Source of the DNA: Bacteroidales bacterium
GTDB taxonomy: Bacteria; Bacteroidota; Bacteroidia; Bacteroidales; UBA3663
Reading direction: 5' to 3'
Length of the DNA stretch: 53,251 nt
NCBI GenBank assembly: GCA_017632695.1
Contig: JAGBQS010000301.1
Coordinates: 1 to 53,251 of the forward strand
Shown here: positions 36,440 through 43,652 of the stretch, piece after piece
Numbering within the stretch: the first letter of the stretch is position 1
Layout of the letters: every line of letters begins with the position of its first letter
Made by a program: the position numbers and the translations under genes
Notes under the pieces: generated by a model
What the model was told of the DNA's origin: nothing
Seen by the model: the letters and a program-made list of their open reading frames with translations, nothing else
Databases searched by the model: none

Positions 36440-38464
36440 TCATTCGTTTCTCTTTTCGATAATAGGCAAACCGGGGTTCTTCAGTGCGTTTTCGAGCTTG
36501 GTCAGAATCCTGCGGTTTTCATGCTGTTTCGGATCGATGACCATTGCACGACGTGCATATTTCATAGCTTCTTCCTTGTTGCCGAGGGCAATGTAGACAT
36601 TCGCCATATGACGCAAACACAAACTCATGAGGTCGCGGTAGCCGTCAGGGTCTTTTTTATATTGCGGCTCCGTAATCTCCAACATTTTCAGGTTCATTTG
36701 GAGCGTCTGTTCATATTGTTTCTGGAAATAGTAGCACGAACCGAGGTACAGATATGTCTCGCTTAGTTCGTGAGCGAAAGATTCGCCATCTCCAGCTTCT
36801 GTTTCGAATATCTTCAGACACTGTTCAAGAAACTCCATGGCTTTCTTGCTTTCGTGATGGGTATAATAGAAGATGCCTAAATAAAGCATGCATTTAGCCA
36901 TCTCGCCAGTATAAGCCTCCGGATTCCTGTCCACTGCTTCACGATAATAAGACAACGACATCAGATAGGCATTTTCAGTATCGTCACGATAGGAATCTCC
37001 CAAACTATAATAGACTAACCCTTTGCAGCACCAGGCATATGCCATACTGTAGGCGTACTGGTGGGGTTTGTCGTGGTAAAGTTTGTCAATGATTGGACTA
37101 GCTTCCTGAAGAGCCGACAAACATTCGTTTAGCCATGTAGAATTTCGAAGTACGGCAGCGGTTTTCACCAGCATCATGGCATACTGATGACGATAGGTCC
37201 GGGACGGAGCTTTTCCGTTAACATGAATGCGGTATATCATGTGCAGCGATTTGTGCAGATACAGACGCCCTTCAGTATGCTGATTGTGTAGTGCTAATAA
37301 ATAACCTAAATTATGATAACCGTAGGCAATATCATCGAGAAATCTGACAGTGTCGGGAAGTGTCCGATTGAAGAGCTCCAGTTTGGGCGTGACATCGCGC
37401 AAAACCTCAATACATTGTTCGTGCTCGTCCATCTTGCCAAGAATGACACCCCGGAACATCTGTGCTCTCAGTTCGCACAAGGTGTCACATTTATTATGTG
37501 AACGCTCAGCCAGATCTTCGTATACTTTGAGTGCCTGCTCGTATTTGCCCTGATCGCGTAAATGAAGTCCGTAACGAAACATCATCGAGAAGTTAGTGGT
37601 GTCTGCATAGGCCATCTCGTTCAGAATATGGTCGATACGGTCGAAACTCTCTTTTCCGCCTTGAATCTTCAGCAGTTCCACTTCCTGATTGATGACGCGC
37701 AGCAGCTGTTTCTGCTGATTCAGCAGTTTCTTTTGAGCTTCTTCGATTGTTTCTTCGTCAGATGTCAGTTTATGGACATTAACTTGTTGCTGAATGAACT
37801 GCTCTACCAGATTTTCTCCTTCGAGGGTGGAGATGGCTTCTGCAAACTTGCCTTGAGCAACTAATTCAAAGGCTTTCTTTCCCTTTTCACTTAGCTCTGT
37901 ACGGTCAATGCGTACAAATCGCTCAATATAGTTGTCGATGTCATCCAGTTTCTGTTCATAGTCGAGCTCCAGTTTGTGCAACCGTTGCTTATATTCTTCT
38001 TCGGTGATATGCTTATGCTGGTAATCACGCCTGATTTTCTTTTGCAGTAACTCGTACTCTTTTTCGGCTTCATGGAATCCGTGTTGAGTCATCTGATAGC
38101 GTGCTTCTGCCAGTTTCTCGGTCTTGACCAGCACGATTTCAAAAGGTATATCCTCTCTCGTAATATACCATTGTTCGACGATTTCGGGATTGAGCAGTTC
38201 GTAACCGGCCTTCAGAATGCGACGTACCTTGATTTTGTCACCAGGCTGAAGCTGACGGAATGAAAGCCTGAATTCTCCGTTTTCATCGGAAATGGTTGAA
38301 CCTGCATCCGAAATCACAACCTCAACATTAGCCAATGGTGTCTTGACGTGTTTGATATTGTCGTATTCGAGCACAATTCCGCGCTGCTCGCTTTGTGCGA
38401 ACATCACTGTCGGTAATGTAACAGTCAGTAAAACTGCCAAATAAATGAGTATGTTGTTTTTCAC
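36440..38464 (-). CDS. Secreted tetratricopeptide-repeat protein with an N-terminal carboxypeptidase-regulatory-like domain and a central coiled coil
   Basis: 674 aa. It has a signal peptide (…TVMFAQSEQ), a beta-sandwich-like segment (ANVEVVISDAGSTISDENGEFRLSF), a charged coiled-coil region, and multiple TPR-like helical repeats (YLGSCYYFQKQYEQTLQ, ANVYIALGNKEEAMKYARRA). Its stop is 1 nt from the HTCS ATG. Confidence 0.8.
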   Translation of the reverse strand: MKNNILIYLAVLLTVTLPTVMFAQSEQRGIVLEYDNIKHVKTPLANVEVVISDAGSTISDENGEFRLSFRQLQPGDKIKVRRILKAGYELLNPEIVEQWYITREDIPFEIVLVKTEKLAEARYQMTQHGFHEAEKEYELLQKKIRRDYQHKHITEEEYKQRLHKLELDYEQKLDDIDNYIERFVRIDRTELSEKGKKAFELVAQGKFAEAISTLEGENLVEQFIQQQVNVHKLTSDEETIEEAQKKLLNQQKQLLRVINQEVELLKIQGGKESFDRIDHILNEMAYADTTNFSMMFRYGLHLRDQGKYEQALKVYEDLAERSHNKCDTLCELRAQMFRGVILGKMDEHEQCIEVLRDVTPKLELFNRTLPDTVRFLDDIAYGYHNLGYLLALHNQHTEGRLYLHKSLHMIYRIHVNGKAPSRTYRHQYAMMLVKTAAVLRNSTWLNECLSALQEASPIIDKLYHDKPHQYAYSMAYAWCCKGLVYYSLGDSYRDDTENAYLMSLSYYREAVDRNPEAYTGEMAKCMLYLGIFYYTHHESKKAMEFLEQCLKIFETEAGDGESFAHELSETYLYLGSCYYFQKQYEQTLQMNLKMLEITEPQYKKDPDGYRDLMSLCLRHMANVYIALGNKEEAMKYARRAMVIDPKQHENRRILTKLENALKNPGLPIIEKRNE

Positions 38465-38519
38465 AAAATGTTCCTTTTGTAAATGAATGAATCAAGGGAT
38501 CTTTTCCAAACTGTTTTTG

Positions 38520-38527
38520 CAAAAATA
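38520..38527 (-). promoter_or_regulatory. -7 promoter motif (TATTTTTG on the minus strand) for the TPR-HTCS operon
   Basis: The plus strand reads CAAAAATA, 56 nt upstream of the ATG at 38464. Confidence 0.45.
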
Positions 38528-38562
38528 GTGATTATTATTCATAAATGTGTGTTTTGCGGCAG

Positions 38563-38585
38563 AAAAAGGCGAAGGAAGCCTTTTT
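38563..38585. repeat. Symmetric A5GGC-loop-GCCT5 hairpin inside the divergent promoter region
   Basis: AAAAAGGC / GCCTTTTT 8-bp stem with a GAAGGAA loop. It has the shape of a bidirectional intrinsic terminator but lies between two divergent promoters. Confidence 0.4.
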
Positions 38586-38685
38586 ATGACTGTTATTTGA
38601 CAGGTGCAAATGTCAATTTGACTTGTTTTTTTCATGAGGCTCATTACCTTTTTGCCATAAATTTGTTTGTCGTGGTCGAAATCTT

Positions 38686-38693
38686 TATTTTTG
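38686..38693 (+). promoter_or_regulatory. -7 promoter motif TATTTTTG for xth
   Basis: Exact TAnnTTTG match, 35 nt upstream of the ATG at 38728. Confidence 0.5.
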
Positions 38694-38727
38694 CACTCAG
38701 AACACGACCTTTAATAAGTCATACAGT

Positions 38728-39507
38728 ATGAAATTTATCAGTTGGAACGTAAACGGACTGCGAGCAGTTGCGGGTAAAAATTTCAAAGAAGTTTTCACTT
38801 CTGCAGATGCGGATTTCTTCTGCATTCAGGAAACCAAAATGCAAGCCGGACAACTCGATATCGAGTTTCCCGGTTACAAGTCGTTTTGGAACTATGCCGA
38901 GAAGAAAGGGTATTCGGGTACTGCTGTCTTTGCCCGACAGGAACCGCTCAGTGTGTGTTATGGCATCGGTAAGTGGAACGACGAAACCGGTACTGAGGTG
39001 GAAGATCACGAAGGTCGCGTCATAACTCTCGAGTATGATTCGTTTTTTCTGGTAACAGTCTATACTCCTAATTCTCAGGATGGATTGCGCCGTTTGGATT
39101 ATCGTATGACGTGGGATGAAGCCTTCCGCAAATATCTGTCGGGGCTTGATGCACGGAAGCCGGTCATTGTTTGCGGTGACATGAATGTGGCTCACGAGGA
39201 AATAGATATCAAGAATCCGAAGACAAACCGGATGAGTGCAGGCTTTACCGATCAGGAACGGGCGCAGATGACCCGTCATCTGGAAGCAGGTTTTACGGAT
39301 TCTTTCCGTTTCTTCTATCCGGACTTGAAGGATGCCTACACCTGGTGGAGCTACCGTTTTAAGGCCCGTGAAAAGAACGTCGGTTGGCGTATTGATTACT
39401 TTTTGGTTTCAAACCGGTTGCAGGACCGGCTGAAAAGTGCATCCATCCATAATGAAATAATGGGCAGTGACCACTGCCCGGTAGAGGTTGTTTTGGATTT
39501 TGAGTGA
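38728..39507 (+). CDS. xth: Exodeoxyribonuclease III
   Basis: 259 aa. Contains the MKFISWNVNGLRA opening, CIQETK, GDMNVAH and SDHCPV motifs of the EEP AP-endonuclease family. Confidence 0.95.
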   Translation: MKFISWNVNGLRAVAGKNFKEVFTSADADFFCIQETKMQAGQLDIEFPGYKSFWNYAEKKGYSGTAVFARQEPLSVCYGIGKWNDETGTEVEDHEGRVITLEYDSFFLVTVYTPNSQDGLRRLDYRMTWDEAFRKYLSGLDARKPVIVCGDMNVAHEEIDIKNPKTNRMSAGFTDQERAQMTRHLEAGFTDSFRFFYPDLKDAYTWWSYRFKAREKNVGWRIDYFLVSNRLQDRLKSASIHNEIMGSDHCPVEVVLDFE

Positions 39508-40271
39508 TGCTTAGCCTATTAATGTGTATGAAAGACTTCTTTTGCCTCAAACTCAAACGCATTCACATCTGGATTGTATTACTTGTCCTGCTTACCCCTT
39601 CTGTAGTTTGCAGCTGGCATAACTGCAATCTGGTCAGAAGTGAGTTGCTGGCCGATATGAACCAAGCTCTTGAAAAGACTCTAGCCCAACAGCAGTCTTT
39701 CGAGATTACACCCGATACCGTTCAAAACTATCTGCAAAACCTCCAGATACCGCAGTTGCGCGAACAGTCATTCATTTCCTATGCCCTTCCTCAGGCTGAT
39801 CACATGCTCTGCAGTGAGCGCCGGAGATGGTCGGAGGATTGTGAGTTCCAAAGTTATGCAACGTGTTCGGTTATCTCTTTGTGGTTTATGTCCGACAAGC
39901 GTTTGCCATTGTTTTTCATTTGTCTGTCGGTTTTATGGCTGGCATTTTCGGCATGCTGTTACCGGCAGCAACTTCCGGAGAAAGCGGTGCGGATTGGCGA
40001 AATCTGTCTGATTTCGGATGTCTTCTATAATCGGTATCGGCAGCCTTTGCATTTTACTCCCTTACAGGAACAACTGATGAAGATGTTTTTTATGTCAGAA
40101 GGTCACCGTTTGTCGAAACAGGAGATCTGCGATACCCTATGGCCTCGGAAGCCGGATGCCAGCGAAACTCTTTACACGCTGGTGAAAAGGTTAAAGCCGG
40201 TTGTTGAAGAGCAGGGCGGATTACAGATAAAATCTGAGAGGGGAAAAGAGTATATTCTCGAAGAGAAGTGA
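39507..40271 (+). CDS. Membrane-anchored transcriptional regulator with a C-terminal OmpR/PhoB-type winged-helix DNA-binding domain (no receiver domain)
   Basis: Two hydrophobic helices (IHIWIVLLVLLTPSVVCSW and LPLFFICLSVLWLAFSACCY) precede a Trans_reg_C-like end (LHFTPLQEQLMKMFF..RLSKQEICDTLWPRKPDASETLYTLVKRLK...GKEYILE). The ATG overlaps the xth TGA (TGATG). A GTG at 39504 is an alternative start. Confidence 0.7.
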   Translation: MLSLLMCMKDFFCLKLKRIHIWIVLLVLLTPSVVCSWHNCNLVRSELLADMNQALEKTLAQQQSFEITPDTVQNYLQNLQIPQLREQSFISYALPQADHMLCSERRRWSEDCEFQSYATCSVISLWFMSDKRLPLFFICLSVLWLAFSACCYRQQLPEKAVRIGEICLISDVFYNRYRQPLHFTPLQEQLMKMFFMSEGHRLSKQEICDTLWPRKPDASETLYTLVKRLKPVVEEQGGLQIKSERGKEYILEEK

Positions 40272-40294
40272 CATACGTATGCTTCCATAAGAAT

Positions 40295-40348
40295 AACCTG
40301 ACAAGGGTCCGACAGTAAAATGTCAGACAAATGTCAGGTTCTTTTTTT
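40295..40348 (+). terminator. Possible terminator after the winged-helix gene
   Basis: AACCTGACA / TGTCAGGTT 9-bp arms (long 28-nt loop with an internal GACA/TGTC pairing) followed by CTTTTTTT. Confidence 0.45.
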
Positions 40349-40369
40349 GGCTTCAATTGTAGGATGTTG

Positions 40370-40377
40370 TAACTTTG
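40370..40377 (+). promoter_or_regulatory. -7 promoter motif TAACTTTG for the DUF2723 gene
   Basis: Exact match, 59 nt upstream of the ATG at 40436. Confidence 0.5.
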
Positions 40378-40435
40378 CGCCAACAAATTATTCTTATTGT
40401 CTTGCCGGACTAAAAATCTGTAACATCCTATTTTT

Positions 40436-43417
40436 ATGCATGAACGTCAATTTAACCGTATTAACCTTTTGCTTGGCTGGCTGTGTTTCGGCATAGCCTT
40501 GGTAACATATTGGCAGACCGTCGAGCCAAGTATCAGTTTCTGGGATTGTCCGGAATATGTGGCTTGTGCCGCTAAAGGAGAAGTGGGACATCCGCCCGGA
40601 AATACCTTTTTCCTTTTAGCGGGGCGTTTCTTTGCCAATTTTGCCTGCGGAGATACGTCAAGCATTGCCTTGTGGGTAAACCGAATGTCGGCCTTGTTCA
40701 GTGCCGGAACCATATTATTCCTGTTTTGGACCATTACGGCGCTGACGGGCCGGTTGCTCTGGCCTGCAACTCTGGACACCCGGTATCTTCCGATCTCCAA
40801 GGCGATAGTCATATTCGGAAGCGGTTTGGTAGGAGCATTGGTATTGACGTGGTCTGATACGTTCTGGTTCTCAGCCGTTGAGGCCGAAGTATACGGTTTC
40901 TCCTCGTTTATGACAGCGATTACTTTCTGGTTGGTTCTCAGATGGGAGAAACAATCCAGACAGGTGTCTTCCGACCGTTATCTGATTCTTATTTCATACG
41001 TTGTCGGTCTTTCCATCGGCGTACATCTTTTGAACTTGTTGTGTTTGCCGGCCATAGTGCTTGTTTATTGTTTCAGTATGCGCCGGCAGATGAGGCGTAT
41101 GCAGGTGATGGGGGTAGTTCTTCTTTCTTTTCTGCTTATTGCACTCATTCTTTTTGTGCTGATTCCGGGTGTGGTATGGTTGGCTCAAAAGTTCGAGCTG
41201 CTGTTTGTTAATGGTTTTGGATGCAGGTATAATACGGGAGCATTGGTCTGTTTCGTACTGCTTTTTGTGGTTCTGGTCTCAATCCTATGGAGCCTTTATT
41301 CAGGCCATTCCCCCCGATGGGTCAATCGACGTCTGGCATTCAATATAACCGCCATGTTGCTGATGATGCTTGTCGGTTATTCAACCTACGCGCAAGTGCT
41401 GATCCGTTCGTCCGCCTGGCTGCCCATGAACGAGAATGCTCCCGATAATGTGTTTGCATTAGCCCGATACCTGAATCGGGAGCAGTACGGATCGTCGCCG
41501 CTACTGTATGGGCAGACTTTTGCCTCGGAGGTGATATCCGATACCTCGAACGGAAATGGAGCCCCTCTTTACAGGAAGGCAGTCAAGCAGGATGAGAACG
41601 AGCCGGACCGTTATTGGGAGTACGACAGGCAACATTCATACCGCTACGATTATAACATGCTTTTTCCCCGGATGTATAGTGAGATGCCGGAACACGTTCA
41701 GGGTTATAAGAAGTGGAGCGGTTTCAAAGGAAAGCTTGTCCGGGTTCCTGCTGCCAGGGGTGGAACCCGTCAGGTGCGGGTGCCTACCGTTGGCGAGAAT
41801 CTGACATATTTCTTCCGCTATCAGTTGGGATACATGTACTGGCGTTATTTCTTCTGGAATTTCTGTGGCCGGCAGAATGACCTGAAGGGAAATGGCGAGG
41901 CCGATCGAGGTAACTGGATTACAGGAATCTCCCTAATTGACAGTTGGCTGGTGGGTAATCAGAACGACCTGCCTCGTCAGATAGTCGGAAATAAGGGACA
42001 TAATGTCTATTATATGCTTCCGCTATTGCTCGGGTTGCTGGGATTGTGCTGGCAGTGGCATCAGGGATCCGACGGAAGACGGTATTTTCTAGTGGTGCTG
42101 ATGCTGTTTGTTATGACTGGTATTGCCATCGTTGTATATATCAACCAGCCGCCGTTCCAGCCTCGTGAACGCGATTATTCTTTTGTCGGTTCTTTCTATG
42201 CCTTTTCGGTTTGGATCGGAATGGGTGTAGCCGGATTGGTTGCCTTATTGAAAAAAATAGCTGGCAGAAAGATTGGGATAAAATGCCGTATTGCAGCCGC
42301 AGTTGCAAGTGTGTCGGTTTGCATCGGAGTCCCTATACAGATGGTTGGGCAGAATTGGGACGATCACGACCGCTCAGATCGGTATTTGGCGCGTGATTTC
42401 GGACGCAACTATCTGTCGTCTCTTGATCCGGATGGCATCCTTTTCTGTTCCGGTGACAACGAGACCTTTCCGCTTTGGTATGCTATAGAAGTTGAAGGTT
42501 TCCGAACAGATGCCAGAGTCTGCAACCTCTGCTATTTGCAGACAGATTGGTACATCGATCAGATGAAGTCCCCTGCGTACGAGTCGGCTCCATTGCCGAT
42601 TCCTTATGGGAGCGACCGGTATGCGGGTAACCGAATGATTTATTCGGCGTTGAAGACAGATGCTTTGATGCTGCCTGGCGACAGTATCGTTCCAGAAATT
42701 TCCATTCAGTTTGATGGTAAAAAATATTTGCAAAGGCAGGAAATAATCCAACTGGCTATAGTTGACAGCATTGCACGTTCCGGTTGGAAACGGCCGGTGT
42801 ATTTTACCTGTTCGGCCGGAACTGGAGTCTATGGAATGTTTTCTCCGTATTTGCGGACAGTAGGCCTTGCTTATCAGATTGTCGCGTCGGGAGGTGGCAG
42901 TAATTCAATAGATGTCGAAAGGACCTTCGACTGTCTGATGAACCGTTTCCGTTGGGGTAACGCCGATAAGCCGGGAATCTATCTGGATGAGACAGCTCTG
43001 TCAATGTGTTATTGGCATCGGATTGCTTTTAGCCGACTTATTGATGCCTTACTGAATGCCGGCGACAAGGAACGTGCCTTGCTGGCAACTCGCCGTTGTT
43101 TGGAGGTGCTTCCTTCCTATAATATTCCGTACGATTATACGTCTCTTTCCTTGGCCCGTTGCCTGTATGAATGTGATGAGCAGGAAGACGCCGTCCTGAT
43201 TTCAGTCGAGATACTGAAACAAACGGCCGAATACCTGCATTGGGTATTCGGCCTGGATAAAGACCGGTTGCGAACCTGTGAGAGCGAAATCCGACAGCAA
43301 TTACTGCTGATGCAAGGTACGCTGTGCCTGCTCGAAGAACAGCACCAAACCGATTTGCTGAGAAATTATTATACTTTATTCAAACAGTATTACGATGAAT
43401 TCAAAAGAAACCGTTAG
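40436..43417 (+). CDS. DUF2723 / TMEM260-like polytopic membrane protein (GT-C-type glycosyltransferase fold predicted) with a C-terminal soluble helical-repeat region
   Basis: 993 aa. Contains the signature N-terminus WQTVEPSISFWDCPEYVACAAKGEVGHPPGNTFFLL, many TM helices over the first ~650 aa, and a helical C-terminal ~300 aa. Confidence 0.85.
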   Translation: MHERQFNRINLLLGWLCFGIALVTYWQTVEPSISFWDCPEYVACAAKGEVGHPPGNTFFLLAGRFFANFACGDTSSIALWVNRMSALFSAGTILFLFWTITALTGRLLWPATLDTRYLPISKAIVIFGSGLVGALVLTWSDTFWFSAVEAEVYGFSSFMTAITFWLVLRWEKQSRQVSSDRYLILISYVVGLSIGVHLLNLLCLPAIVLVYCFSMRRQMRRMQVMGVVLLSFLLIALILFVLIPGVVWLAQKFELLFVNGFGCRYNTGALVCFVLLFVVLVSILWSLYSGHSPRWVNRRLAFNITAMLLMMLVGYSTYAQVLIRSSAWLPMNENAPDNVFALARYLNREQYGSSPLLYGQTFASEVISDTSNGNGAPLYRKAVKQDENEPDRYWEYDRQHSYRYDYNMLFPRMYSEMPEHVQGYKKWSGFKGKLVRVPAARGGTRQVRVPTVGENLTYFFRYQLGYMYWRYFFWNFCGRQNDLKGNGEADRGNWITGISLIDSWLVGNQNDLPRQIVGNKGHNVYYMLPLLLGLLGLCWQWHQGSDGRRYFLVVLMLFVMTGIAIVVYINQPPFQPRERDYSFVGSFYAFSVWIGMGVAGLVALLKKIAGRKIGIKCRIAAAVASVSVCIGVPIQMVGQNWDDHDRSDRYLARDFGRNYLSSLDPDGILFCSGDNETFPLWYAIEVEGFRTDARVCNLCYLQTDWYIDQMKSPAYESAPLPIPYGSDRYAGNRMIYSALKTDALMLPGDSIVPEISIQFDGKKYLQRQEIIQLAIVDSIARSGWKRPVYFTCSAGTGVYGMFSPYLRTVGLAYQIVASGGGSNSIDVERTFDCLMNRFRWGNADKPGIYLDETALSMCYWHRIAFSRLIDALLNAGDKERALLATRRCLEVLPSYNIPYDYTSLSLARCLYECDEQEDAVLISVEILKQTAEYLHWVFGLDKDRLRTCESEIRQQLLLMQGTLCLLEEQHQTDLLRNYYTLFKQYYDEFKRNR

Positions 43418-43652
43418 TCCTTTTTGTTGGGGACGTGTCAACTTCTTGTTGATGGCATTAGCTCTTGCTTTGGTCGTTTCCGGTTTTGTACTAATGACAG
43501 GCCCATCCTGTTCTCTACAGTCATTTGAGCCGGATGTCTTCAGTCTCCGTAGGAGCGTAGTTGCTCCCACGCTGTGCTTTGTCGGCTATGTGCTAATGAT
43601 TCCAGGCATTCTGTATGTCAGTCCCGCACAATCATCATCTGACCATTCCTGA
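43395..43652 (+). CDS. DUF3098-family small membrane protein
   Basis: 85 aa with two TM helices. Contains the pattern F.WGRVNFLLMALALALVVSGFVLM ... FSLRRSVVAP ... typical of DUF3098. It overlaps the DUF2723 gene end by 23 nt in another frame. Confidence 0.7.
   Translation: MNSKETVSPFCWGRVNFLLMALALALVVSGFVLMTGPSCSLQSFEPDVFSLRRSVVAPTLCFVGYVLMIPGILYVSPAQSSSDHS

Noticed and set aside
38719-39279. A 186-aa minus-strand ORF opposite xth, and small ORFs in the 38.3-38.7 kb spacer.
   Set aside because: They are antisense to a perfectly conserved exonuclease III gene or lie across promoter elements, and they have no motifs.
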